Shown here: piece by piece, positions 27,198 through 36,772 of the stretch | How the letters are laid out: every line of letters begins with the position of its first letter | How positions within the stretch are numbered: the stretch's first letter is position 1 | Assembly (NCBI GenBank): GCA_024233595.1 | Contig: JACKPK010000010.1 | Span: 2,373-66,372, forward strand | From: Deltaproteobacteria bacterium | GTDB lineage: Bacteria > UBA10199 > JADGCS01 | Direction of reading: 5' to 3' | Length of the DNA: 64,000 nucleotides | Program-made: the position numbers and the translations under genes | The notes under the pieces: generated by a model | Database searches by the model: none | What the model saw: the letters and a program-made list of their open reading frames with translations, nothing else | Told to the model about the DNA's origin: nothing

Positions 27198-28238
27198 ATG
27201 GGTGATTTACGGTCAGGAGATAACTTGGGGCTGCATCGGGTGCTTGATACCCCCAAGGTCATTCCTCAAAACGCGAAACAATTGGATGCCAAGTCTTCGT
27301 TGTATGACAATGAACTTTGCGCGCAGGTGCATTTTTTACAGATTGATTCAGCGAGTTTCAATCAGCTTGCCAAGGCTTACCCTGATGACAGCGATTTAAA
27401 AGCGGCGGTGATGAGCATTGTGAATGAGCGGGGCAAAATGCAGAATCCTGTGACGGGTTCTGGAGGTATGTTTTTAGGGCAGATTGCCGAAATTGGTCCG
27501 AAGTTTCCAAACAAAGACATTCAGATTGGTGATGAGATCTGTTCTTTGATTTCATTAACAGCGACACCTCTTTTGCTTGAAGAAATCGAAAGTGTTGATC
27601 GTAAAAAAGAACGTTTGGCTGTTCGTGCCAAAGCTTATCTTTTTGCTAACTCCATTTTTGCTAAAATGCCGCAAGGGATTTCTCGTGGAGCTGCGTTGGC
27701 ATCCTTTGATGTTTGTGGCGCGCCCGCTTTGGCATTGCATCACGCCAACGCAGGGCAGGTCGTTTTTTTGATGGGGCTTGGCAAAGCTGGTCGACAAGTG
27801 GCTAGCGCTTTAAGGAATCGCTTTGGCAAGGACATCAATTTATTTGGCTGTGACGCTAGTCAGAATGCGGTCGATGATTTTAATCAAGAGTTTGAGTCTG
27901 GGCATTTTTTTACAGCGAACGCACAGGATCCGATTGCATTGCGACAGGCTTTGGTGTCGCGAGCACAAGATCTTGCTGACCTGAGTATCAATTGCGTCAA
28001 CGTACCTGACACAGAGATGCCAAGTATTCTTTGCACCAAAGACCAAGGTTGTTGTGTGTTTTTTTCGATGGCAACTGATTTTCAAAAAGCCACTCTGGGT
28101 GTTGAGTCAGTTGGCAAAGATATCAATTTAATCATGGGGCGTGGCTATGTCCCGGGTCATTCAGACTTGGTTGTGACTTTGCTTAAAAAAGATCCTTGGT
28201 TACTTAATTTTTTTGAAAATAATTTTGGCGGGGAGTGA
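27198..28238 (+). CDS. kdd: L-erythro-3,5-diaminohexanoate dehydrogenase
   Basis: 346 aa from ATG 27198. It has the blocks 'ERGKMQNPVTGSGGM', 'INCVNVPDTEM' and 'FFSMAT' that I recognise from Kdd of lysine fermenters. Confidence 0.8.
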   Translation: MGDLRSGDNLGLHRVLDTPKVIPQNAKQLDAKSSLYDNELCAQVHFLQIDSASFNQLAKAYPDDSDLKAAVMSIVNERGKMQNPVTGSGGMFLGQIAEIGPKFPNKDIQIGDEICSLISLTATPLLLEEIESVDRKKERLAVRAKAYLFANSIFAKMPQGISRGAALASFDVCGAPALALHHANAGQVVFLMGLGKAGRQVASALRNRFGKDINLFGCDASQNAVDDFNQEFESGHFFTANAQDPIALRQALVSRAQDLADLSINCVNVPDTEMPSILCTKDQGCCVFFSMATDFQKATLGVESVGKDINLIMGRGYVPGHSDLVVTLLKKDPWLLNFFENNFGGE

Positions 28239-29593
28239 TGATGGAACCTCATATCGAAAATCAAAATGAACAAATGATTCCTGAGCACCGACGTTTGCGC
28301 TCGGGCGAGTTCTGGCAAGTGATTCCTGCTTATCAAAGCGTCGATGAAAAAACATTTTTGGATTACAAATGGCAGCTTAAGCATTCTATCACCAGTGTGA
28401 AAAAACTTTTAGAAACGCTCAAAGACCTTGTGCCGGCAGATTTTTATAAAGATGTGGAAAAAGGTTTTCATCATGTTCCCATGGCGGTGCGCATTTCTCC
28501 TTATGTGATGTCTTTGATCGATTGGGACAACCCTTACGAAGACCCTTTGCGCAGACAGTTTTTGCCATTGGCCAGTCAGCTTAAACCTGACCATCCCGAA
28601 TTGCATTTGGACACTTTGCACGAGCAGGCTGATTCGCCTGTACCGGGCTTCACGCATCGTTATCCCGATAAAGCGCTTTTACTCGCTCTGGATATTTGCC
28701 CAGTGTATTGTCGTTATTGCACGCGCAGTTATGGTGTGGGTTTTGATACCGATGAAGTCGAGAAGGTTAAGTTTTCGCAAGACGTGGCACGTTACCAAAA
28801 AATATTTGAGTACATTAAAAGTCAGCCACAGTTAGAAGACATTGTGCTCAGTGGTGGCGATGCCTACATGTTGCGCTCCGAGCGCTTGCGCTATCTTGGT
28901 GAAAATCTTTTGGCGATCCCGCATGTGCGTCGTATTCGCATTGCGACCAAAGGACCGGCCATTATGCCCATGAAGCTTTTAACTGATCACGATTGGTATG
29001 GGGCTTTGCGCGACATTGTTGAACAAGGGCGGTACTTGCACAAAGAGGTTTGTGTTCACACGCATTTTTCTCACCCTCAAGAAGTCAGTGATATTTCAAA
29101 ACGCGCCATGGATCGCCTTATGGAAGACGGCATCACTGTGCGCAACCAAGCTGTTTTGCAACGTGGTGTTAACGATGACAAAAACATCATGGTGCTTTTG
29201 GCAAGACGTTTGGCTTACCTGAATGTGCAATCGTATTATGTTTACATGCATGATTTGGTGAAAGGGGTAGAGGATTTGCGCACCACTTTGCAAACTGGGT
29301 TGGATATCGAAAAATTTGTACGGGGTTCCACTGCTGGTTTTAACACGCCTAACTTTGTTGTGGATGCTCCTGGTGGTGGTGGTAAACGCAGCATTCATAG
29401 CTACGAACATTATGATCCCGAAACAGGAATTTCTATTTACACCGCACCCAGTGTGAAACCAGGGCAGTATTTTTATTACTTTGACCCCATCGACACGCTC
29501 TCGCCAAATATTCAAGCAGACTGGCAAAACCAAACCAAACGCGAAGAAATGAAAGAAGCCGCTCTTGTGGCAGCCAAACATGGTCGTAAATGA
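28238..29593 (+). CDS. kamA: Lysine 2,3-aminomutase (radical SAM)
   Basis: ~451 aa with radical-SAM motif 'CPVYCRYCTRS' and the KamA pattern 'LSGGD'...'VDAPGGGGK'. The start overlaps the kdd stop (GTGATGATG). Confidence 0.9.
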   Translation: MMEPHIENQNEQMIPEHRRLRSGEFWQVIPAYQSVDEKTFLDYKWQLKHSITSVKKLLETLKDLVPADFYKDVEKGFHHVPMAVRISPYVMSLIDWDNPYEDPLRRQFLPLASQLKPDHPELHLDTLHEQADSPVPGFTHRYPDKALLLALDICPVYCRYCTRSYGVGFDTDEVEKVKFSQDVARYQKIFEYIKSQPQLEDIVLSGGDAYMLRSERLRYLGENLLAIPHVRRIRIATKGPAIMPMKLLTDHDWYGALRDIVEQGRYLHKEVCVHTHFSHPQEVSDISKRAMDRLMEDGITVRNQAVLQRGVNDDKNIMVLLARRLAYLNVQSYYVYMHDLVKGVEDLRTTLQTGLDIEKFVRGSTAGFNTPNFVVDAPGGGGKRSIHSYEHYDPETGISIYTAPSVKPGQYFYYFDPIDTLSPNIQADWQNQTKREEMKEAALVAAKHGRK

Positions 29594-29728
29594 TATTGAT
29601 GATCAAAAAAAGAGTCTCTTGAAAATGTTAACCTTGTTAAATGCTGTTAACTTTTGTTTGAACTCAAAGTTCGTGCAAAGACGGTTTTTACTGTAGGCAA
29701 TTGTTAAGAATGAGGGTAGAATATTAGG

Positions 29729-32089
29729 ATGCGTCTTTTGGATTCTAAAATCTCTAGTCGTTCTATTCTCATGCTTTCTATAGCGACTTCAGTGGTGATT
29801 TTTTTGGCCTTTTTCCAATTGCATCACGAAGCTAAAAATCAAAATGAAGCTTACATTCAAAACCAGATCGATCATTTGAATCGCAATCTGGCTAGCGAGT
29901 TTGAACTCAATTTTACTCACCTCTTAAAAGCTCAAGAACGAATGGCCGCACGCTGGGAAGTTAATAAAGGCACTCCTCTCTATAAGTTTGAACAAGATGC
30001 TTTGCAGTATTTATCGAGTCACCACGAAATCCAAGCTCTAGAGTGGGTGAATGCCGACGGGGTTGTGGAATGGATCGTTCCTTTAAAAGGCAATGAAGGT
30101 GTTGTGGGGTGGGATAATAAAAAAAGCCCTGAGCGTTGGCGTGCTTTGCAAAGAGCGCGACGTTTGGATGAACTCGCGTTTAGTGATCCCATCAACTTAA
30201 TCCAGGGTGGCAAAGGCTTTTTGGTGTTTTCGCCAATTTTGTACGATAAAAAATTCGATGGTTTTGTTTTGGCGGTTTACCGCTTTGAAGAGTTGATCAA
30301 ATCTTTGATTGCATTGGATCAGCGACGCGAAGAAAATTACATTGAAGTTTTTTTTAACGGGCAAGCCGTTTTCCAATCTAAAAATAAGCCACCGGTGGAT
30401 TCTGATATTGCCTCCTTCACTGAAGTGAAAGTCATGGGACAGCGCTGGGGTTTTCGATTTGTTCCGGGACCACAGCTATTGCACTCATATCATTCTAATA
30501 TGCATGAGATTCTTCTTGGGCTTGGGGCTTTGGTGTCCTTTTTGGTGGGCATTGCGGTCTTCTTGGGATTGCACGCTTCCCGAAGAAAAACCCAAGAAGA
30601 GGAAGTGCGTCGTTTCTTGGATTTGATTTTTTCTAATATCCCTTTGTTGGTCATAGTGAAAAGCATTAAAGAAGACCGGATTGTTCGAATCAATCATGCG
30701 GCGGAATTGTTTTTTAAGGACTCGCTTCATGATCCTGCTGTTAATGAGCAACTCGAAAAAATCATAACGGCAGAAGGCGAAGTTGAACTGCCTTGTTCAA
30801 CTGACCGACGTTGTTTTTTAGAATGCCGTTCTTTGGTTTTAAATGATCATCAAGGACAGGCAGCGTATCTTTTGCAAATTGCAGAAGATGTGACCTTGAA
30901 GAAAAAAGAACGCGATAAAAGAAAGAATCTAGAAGCCCAGCTCATGCAATCACAAAAACTCGATGCGCTTGGAAAATTAGCTGGTGGTGTGGCGCACGAT
31001 TTTAACAATATCTTGGGCGGCATTATGGGTTACACCTCTTTGCTCAAGAGTAAGTTTTCTGAACAAGCAGATGTTGTTAAAAAATTGAATGTGATCGAAA
31101 GCTCAGCCATGCGTGGTGCGGATCTCACAAAAAAAATGCTCGGCTTTGCGCGCAAGGGTCAGTACGAGCAGGCTGTTTTGTCAGTGAATGATGTGGCTAC
31201 TGAAGTTTGTGATTTGTTATCAGAATCAATGCCCAAATCAATTCGCCTACATATCAATTTGAATCCCGATGTGGCCAGCATGAAGGGCGACACCACGCAA
31301 ATTTTTCAAGTCATTCTCAATGTTGCTAATAATGCTATAGATGCCATGCCAGACGGTGGCGAGTTGTCGGTTTCAAGCAAGGTCACTGTTTTAGAAGAAG
31401 ACGATGCGCAAAAAATGGGATTAACAGGTGGACGTAAATTCACAGAATTGCGCATTTCGGACACCGGCATGGGGATGCCTCAAGATGTCATTCAAAGAGT
31501 TTTTGAGCCCTTTTTCACAACCAAAGAAGTTGGTAAAGGCACCGGTTTGGGACTTGCGATGGTGCATGGGATCATGGCTAATCATGGTGGTGGTGTTTTG
31601 ATTGAATCGCAAGAAGGCAAGGGAACGACCTTGCGTTTATTCTTTCCGATCTTTCATCAGCATGAAACCAAAATGCACGAAACCAAAGGTCTTGATTCTG
31701 GTGAAACAAAAATTTTGCAAAACAGTCGCGTCTTGATTGTGGATGATGAGCCTATGATTCGAGATTTAGTCAGCGAGCTTTTGGAACCTTTGGGTGCTAA
31801 CATCATCACAGCAGGTGATGGTTTGGAAGCGGTTGAAAAATTCGAAGAACAAAAGGAACTCGATTTGGTGGTGCTGGATGTGATCATGCCTAATTTGGAC
31901 GGCTTGGCCACCTATAAAAAAATCAAAGAGATCGCTCCGCAAACAAAGGTTGTTTTTGCCAGTGGTTATTCTGAAAGTGATGAGATCAGAGAATTGCGTA
32001 AAACGGGTTTGGTGGATTTTGTTCAAAAACCCTTTAAGACCGAGCAGTTGGTTAATAAGGTTTCAACCCTGATTGCCAAATCCAAGTGA
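29729..32089 (+). CDS. Hybrid sensor histidine kinase (periplasmic sensor - PAS - HisKA - HATPase - REC)
   Basis: 786 aa with two TM segments bracketing a ~230-aa extracytoplasmic domain. H-box 'GGVAHDFNNIL', G-boxes 'DTGMGM' and 'GTGLGLA', and a receiver domain 'VLIVDDEP...VLDVIMPNLDG'. Confidence 0.9.
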   Translation: MRLLDSKISSRSILMLSIATSVVIFLAFFQLHHEAKNQNEAYIQNQIDHLNRNLASEFELNFTHLLKAQERMAARWEVNKGTPLYKFEQDALQYLSSHHEIQALEWVNADGVVEWIVPLKGNEGVVGWDNKKSPERWRALQRARRLDELAFSDPINLIQGGKGFLVFSPILYDKKFDGFVLAVYRFEELIKSLIALDQRREENYIEVFFNGQAVFQSKNKPPVDSDIASFTEVKVMGQRWGFRFVPGPQLLHSYHSNMHEILLGLGALVSFLVGIAVFLGLHASRRKTQEEEVRRFLDLIFSNIPLLVIVKSIKEDRIVRINHAAELFFKDSLHDPAVNEQLEKIITAEGEVELPCSTDRRCFLECRSLVLNDHQGQAAYLLQIAEDVTLKKKERDKRKNLEAQLMQSQKLDALGKLAGGVAHDFNNILGGIMGYTSLLKSKFSEQADVVKKLNVIESSAMRGADLTKKMLGFARKGQYEQAVLSVNDVATEVCDLLSESMPKSIRLHINLNPDVASMKGDTTQIFQVILNVANNAIDAMPDGGELSVSSKVTVLEEDDAQKMGLTGGRKFTELRISDTGMGMPQDVIQRVFEPFFTTKEVGKGTGLGLAMVHGIMANHGGGVLIESQEGKGTTLRLFFPIFHQHETKMHETKGLDSGETKILQNSRVLIVDDEPMIRDLVSELLEPLGANIITAGDGLEAVEKFEEQKELDLVVLDVIMPNLDGLATYKKIKEIAPQTKVVFASGYSESDEIRELRKTGLVDFVQKPFKTEQLVNKVSTLIAKSK

Positions 32090-32346
32090 GGGTGATCATT
32101 CGGTTCTTGCCAAGCTTGCCGGGGTTCGATATCACTCCCGTGGCTTTTTGAGCCCTATTAATGGGGGCCAAAACACAACCTTTTACCACATGGGAACAAG
32201 GTTTTACGGACTGACCGGTGCCAGATTTCAAAATCGATATTGCCAATCGATTCCGCAGGCGGCACTGTTATGCTACATTTTTATGGAATGTCGTTGCGAG
32301 AGCGTTTTTTGTCATCTCCTTCCGTTAAGACTCTGTTTTCAAACTC

Positions 32347-33921
32347 ATGACCAAAATTAATTTGGATCGCGATATCATCGATCATTGTCGGGAACTTGCT
32401 GAATCTGTTGCTCACCCGGTGCTCATCTACATCAATCGACACTCCACTGTTTCTATTGAACGCTCTGTGTTGCGTCTCTTGGGTTTTCAAGGCGCTCATG
32501 AAGTCGAAAAGGGCATGCCTTATCCCGTTTGCAATCTGATTGTCGACAAGCTGGGGCAGGACAAACTCAAAATGGGTGTGGCCTCGGTCATTGCTTCTAT
32601 TAAAAATCGTTACCCGCGTTGGAACCAAGCCAAAATGGCTGAGAAAATCATCAAAGGCGAAGTGAACTTTGAGCGTCTCGAAATTCTACCGCCTGATAAA
32701 GCGCAAGCTTTGCTCAAGCCTTGGATCGACACAGCTGTGCGCCACATCGATAAAATGCGTTACCGCAAAGAAGACATGCGCCACAAACTTGGCCGCGGTA
32801 AAAAAATGGGTCCTTTAAAATACATCATTGTGGCCACTGGTAACATATACGAAGACGTCAAACACGCGCAGTCAGCTGCCAAGCAAGGTGCTGATATCAT
32901 CGCCGTGATTCGTTCCACAGCACAAAGTTTATTAGATTATGTGCCGCACGGTGCCACAACAGAAGGCTTTGGTGGAACCTTTGCCACGCAGGAAAATTTT
33001 AAAATCATGCGCGAGGCTTTGGACGAAACCTCTGAAGAATTAGGCCGCTACATTCGTCTTTGCAATTACTCATCGGGTCTTTGCATGTCTGAAATTGCGG
33101 TCATGGGTGCTGAAGAAGGATTAGATTACCTTCTTAACGACGCCATGTATGGGATTTTGTTTCGTGACATCAACATGAAGCGCACGCTCATTGATCAGCA
33201 CTTTTCACGCATGGTGATTGCACGTGCAGGCATTGGCATTCAAACAGGCGAGGACAATTACCTCACCACCGCCGATGCTTTTCACAATCATCATCAGGTT
33301 TTGGCTAGCCAGTTCTTGAACGAAAACTTAGCCAAGCACGCTGGGTTGCGCGATGAGCAAATTGGCTTGGGACATGCCTTTGAAGTCGATCCCATGGTCG
33401 AAGACAGCTTTTTAATTGAATTAGCTATGGCGCAGATGGTGCGAGAAATTTTCCCACGTTGCCCCATTAAATACATGCCACCAACGCGACACAAGCAAGG
33501 TGATATCTTTTTTAGTCATGTCATGGATGCCATGTTCAATATGGTTGGTTCCATGACGGGGCAAAGCATTCAACTTTTGGGAATGGCAACAGAGGCCAAC
33601 CACAATCCTTATTTGCAGGATCGTTTTTGGGCTTTAAAAAGCGCCAACTATATTTTTTCGGCTTGTCGTTCTTTGTACGACGACGTGCAGTTTGTACCCA
33701 ATGGCAAGGTCATGCGTCAGGCGCGTCAGGTTTTAGACCGCACGCACCGCTTTTTGCGCAAGATCGATCAGCAAGGTTTGTTTGAATCCATTGAGCACGG
33801 CATGTTTGCCGAAATGCCGCGCGCCAAAGATGGTGGCAAAGGGCACGATGGCATTTTTGAAAAAGCAAGACAGTACTTTAATCCTTTTTACGATCTCTTT
33901 CAGGGACAAGGACGGAGATAA
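32347..33921 (+). CDS. kamD: Lysine 5,6-aminomutase alpha subunit
   Basis: 524 aa. Its size, position immediately upstream of the B12-binding beta subunit and TIM-barrel-like pattern fit KamD. Confidence 0.8.
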   Translation: MTKINLDRDIIDHCRELAESVAHPVLIYINRHSTVSIERSVLRLLGFQGAHEVEKGMPYPVCNLIVDKLGQDKLKMGVASVIASIKNRYPRWNQAKMAEKIIKGEVNFERLEILPPDKAQALLKPWIDTAVRHIDKMRYRKEDMRHKLGRGKKMGPLKYIIVATGNIYEDVKHAQSAAKQGADIIAVIRSTAQSLLDYVPHGATTEGFGGTFATQENFKIMREALDETSEELGRYIRLCNYSSGLCMSEIAVMGAEEGLDYLLNDAMYGILFRDINMKRTLIDQHFSRMVIARAGIGIQTGEDNYLTTADAFHNHHQVLASQFLNENLAKHAGLRDEQIGLGHAFEVDPMVEDSFLIELAMAQMVREIFPRCPIKYMPPTRHKQGDIFFSHVMDAMFNMVGSMTGQSIQLLGMATEANHNPYLQDRFWALKSANYIFSACRSLYDDVQFVPNGKVMRQARQVLDRTHRFLRKIDQQGLFESIEHGMFAEMPRAKDGGKGHDGIFEKARQYFNPFYDLFQGQGRR

Positions 33922-33923
33922 TC

Positions 33924-34805
33924 ATGGCGAGACCAAATAAAAAGAAAAGTTCCAGAGGCAGAGGTCGTCGCCCGCAATCTACACAAAATCAAGCGGAGCG
34001 CTCTTCTCAAAATTCACAGGTTGCGGCAGCCAAAGAAGCACCCGTTAAACGTAAGTTTGCTGGTAAAATTCGACTTTATGGCGATGTCGAGAATGATGGT
34101 GTTGTGCAGATCAGTTTCACCTTGCCGATGCCGGCTTGTGATGAAGCTCGTGTGGCAGCTTTGCAGTTCGCAGAAAAAATGAACATCCAAAAGGCTTCGG
34201 TCTTGCACATGGAAGCCATTGACGACGATTTTTCGTTTTTTGTTGTTTATGGTCAATGCGAAGCAGAAGTGGATTTGGAGCAAATTGAAGTTCCTAAATT
34301 AGACCACCCGCAATATGGATTTCACGAAATCAACGACATGCTTGGTCAAAAGCTAGATCGTAAGCTTGTTGTGTTGGGAGCTTGCATTGGCACTGACGCG
34401 CACACTGTGGGCATTGATGCCATCTTCAACATGAAAGGCTATCTTGGTGATTATGGTTTGGAGCGTTACTCGTGTTTTGAAGCCATCAACCTAAGAGCGC
34501 AGGTCGATGTGAAAGACTTGGCCGATAAAATCATCGAGAAGCAAGCCGATGTTGTTTTGGTATCGCGTGTTGTGACACAGCGAGATTCGCATATCGAAGA
34601 ATTCAAGAAGTTGTTGGCAGAGTTGTCGTCTCGCGAAAACGTGCCGGCAAAACTCATTAAGATTTGCGGCGGTCCACGCATGACTCACAAAGAGGCGATC
34701 GACATTGGTTACGACGCAGGCTTTGGTCCTGGAACATTGCCAGGGCAGGTGGCCAGTTACATTGCCACCGAAGCTTTACAGCGTTTTGCCGATCAACAAG
34801 ATTAA
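33924..34805 (+). CDS. kamE: Lysine 5,6-aminomutase beta subunit (B12-binding), with basic N-terminal extension
   Basis: 293 aa with cobalamin-binding 'GTDAHTVGIDA' (DxHxxG), 'GGPR' and 'GYDAGFGPG'. The first ~45 aa are Lys/Arg/Ser/Gln-rich. Confidence 0.85.
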   Translation: MARPNKKKSSRGRGRRPQSTQNQAERSSQNSQVAAAKEAPVKRKFAGKIRLYGDVENDGVVQISFTLPMPACDEARVAALQFAEKMNIQKASVLHMEAIDDDFSFFVVYGQCEAEVDLEQIEVPKLDHPQYGFHEINDMLGQKLDRKLVVLGACIGTDAHTVGIDAIFNMKGYLGDYGLERYSCFEAINLRAQVDVKDLADKIIEKQADVVLVSRVVTQRDSHIEEFKKLLAELSSRENVPAKLIKICGGPRMTHKEAIDIGYDAGFGPGTLPGQVASYIATEALQRFADQQD

Positions 34806-34817
34806 AGCTGTTGCTTG

Positions 34818-35231
34818 TTAGAATCGAAACCCAAAGCCGCGCATTTCGTCGCTGGCTTCTGTGTCTAGATCAACGTGCAATTCAAAAGCATCTAAATCGC
34901 CACCTTGCTCCACGTATTTTTCGCGAAACAAATGACAACCAATGTCCGCGCGTTCCTGTGCGTAGAGCATGTTTTCTTCGGCAACGCCTTGGTCATCAGC
35001 GTAGCCGACAACGGTGAGGCCGGTGATGCCTTCATTCAAAACATACTGGACGATTTCATCGATAAGAAATTCGTCTTCGGTGTCAAATAACTCCATGCTG
35101 GCGAGATCGACTTCGAAGAGATAATTTTCGAATTCTGTAGTTTTGTGGGATTGATCGTTTAAGGTCCTTGATGCGTTGTCTTCTTCGACATCGCTTTGGC
35201 CATAGCCGCTGGCCTGTTCGAACTTGTCCAT
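34818..35231 (-). CDS. OmpA-like (peptidoglycan-binding) domain protein, no obvious signal peptide
   Basis: 137 aa. 'LTVVGYADDQGVAEENMLYAQERADIGCHLF' resembles the OmpA_C 'GhtD..G....N..LS..RA' core. AAAGGAG RBS. Confidence 0.45.
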   Translation of the reverse strand: MDKFEQASGYGQSDVEEDNASRTLNDQSHKTTEFENYLFEVDLASMELFDTEDEFLIDEIVQYVLNEGITGLTVVGYADDQGVAEENMLYAQERADIGCHLFREKYVEQGGDLDAFELHVDLDTEASDEMRGFGFRF

Positions 35232-35462
35232 CAGAAAATACTCCTTTTGAGTTTACCGTAAACGGGATGGGCTCAAAACCCGTACTCACTATTATAATTG
35301 AGTCTGCAGCCCTTCACAATAGGCAGATTTTTCTCTTGGGTGCGATTTTGTGACTTTTTTCCCTATTTCCACTGAGCCATAAAATGCGGAAGGATAGGGG
35401 AGCGTGGACTCAAGATATTAAAATTCTTGGCAAAATCACCGATTTTACCGTAAGCTAAGGGC

Positions 35463-35834
35463 ATGAAAACGACTTTTAAAGTGCGCTTGAGCGAAGCCGA
35501 TGCCCATTACGCGGATCACCTGGTCAGTGGCGCCAAGGTGTTGGAGTTTTTTGGCGATGCCGCAACAGAGCTGTTGATTCGGCATGATGGCGACGAAGGG
35601 TATTTTAGAGCTTACGAGGATGTGGAATTCTTGGCCCCTGTTCGCAGCGGAGACTTTTTAGAAATTGAGGCCGAGATCATCAAGGTCGGGAACTCGTCTC
35701 GTCAAATGCAGTTTTCTGCTAAAAAAATCATTGAGGCCACGCCAAGTGCGCAGAACCCTCACGCGGCAACTTTATTAAAGGATCCTGTTCTTTGTGTGAA
35801 AGCAACGGGTACCTGTGTTGTTGTTAAAAACTAA
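35463..35834 (+). CDS. kal: 3-aminobutyryl-CoA ammonia-lyase (hotdog fold)
   Basis: 123 aa. The hotdog-size protein 'VRLSEADAHYADHLVSGAKVLEFFGDAATEL' is consistent with Kal and sits in a lysine-fermentation context. Confidence 0.7.
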   Translation: MKTTFKVRLSEADAHYADHLVSGAKVLEFFGDAATELLIRHDGDEGYFRAYEDVEFLAPVRSGDFLEIEAEIIKVGNSSRQMQFSAKKIIEATPSAQNPHAATLLKDPVLCVKATGTCVVVKN

Positions 35835-35845
35835 GAGATCGCATC

Positions 35846-36772
35846 ATGTCTGGTATTGGAGTCATACTTAATCCCAACTCAAAAAAGTTCAAACGCAATC
35901 CTTCTAAGTTGGATCAGATGAGTTTCATCATTGGCGACAAAGCCAGTTGCAAACCCACTCACGATCTTGATGATTTATATCGCGTTGCTGATGAATTTAA
36001 ATCGCGCGACATTGACGTGTTGGCAATTTCGGGAGGCGATGGCACTATTCATTGCACCTTAACCACCTTTATTAATGTCTATGGTGAAAAACCTTTGCCC
36101 AAGGTGACTCTTTTGCGTGGTGGGACCATGAACATCATCGCGTCTACTTTTGGTATAAAAGGCAGCACAGAAGAGCTCATGTCGAGTCTTCTGATGAAGT
36201 ACCACGAAGACAAAGAGGCAACAGAAAAAAAATTACGCCTCATGAAAATCAATGGCGCTTATGGTTGTATTTTTGGCATTGGTGTCGCCTTTAAATTCAT
36301 GCAAGAGTATTATTCAAATCCAAAACTCAATGCCTTTATTGCAGCCAAAACTTTAGTGCAGGTTCTTTCTTCTGGAGCCATAGATGGCAAAACTAGTCAG
36401 CGTTTGTGCCAGCGCTTTGATGCTGAAGTCATTGTTGATGGCAAAAAGCTTCCCTTTGCCAATTACAATGCCGTGTTTGCAGGATCTATTCGTCAACTGG
36501 GTTTGGATTTTAATGCCTTTCATCACATGCTGCACCAAAACGAGAACTTCCACACCATTGCGATGAACGTTTCTCCCAAAGAGCTTTTACCGCACATCAA
36601 AAAAATCTACGATGGGGAGCCTTTGCCCATTCCTGAACTCATGAATGAACAGGCTAAAAAGATGACCATCCAATGCCAAGAGCCCATGGGTTACACAATC
36701 GATGGCGACATGCTTGGCCCCGTCAAAGAATTCACTGTTGAGGCCGGGCCAGAGATCACGGTGTTGGTGTGA
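35846..36772 (+). CDS. Diacylglycerol-kinase-like (DAGK_cat / YegS-type) lipid kinase family protein
   Basis: 308 aa with 'VLAISGGDGTIH' (the GGDGT nucleotide-binding motif) and 'LLRGGTMN'. Confidence 0.7.
   Translation: MSGIGVILNPNSKKFKRNPSKLDQMSFIIGDKASCKPTHDLDDLYRVADEFKSRDIDVLAISGGDGTIHCTLTTFINVYGEKPLPKVTLLRGGTMNIIASTFGIKGSTEELMSSLLMKYHEDKEATEKKLRLMKINGAYGCIFGIGVAFKFMQEYYSNPKLNAFIAAKTLVQVLSSGAIDGKTSQRLCQRFDAEVIVDGKKLPFANYNAVFAGSIRQLGLDFNAFHHMLHQNENFHTIAMNVSPKELLPHIKKIYDGEPLPIPELMNEQAKKMTIQCQEPMGYTIDGDMLGPVKEFTVEAGPEITVLV

Noticed and set aside
32090-32346. Cobalamin or lysine riboswitch upstream of kamD
   Set aside because: Fragments such as 'gggaacaaggt' and 'ggcggcactgtta' loosely recall AdoCbl-riboswitch blocks. 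However, I cannot find the B12 box or the conserved GGTG..AA.TCC core, and nothing resembles the L-box. This needs cmscan and is not claimed.
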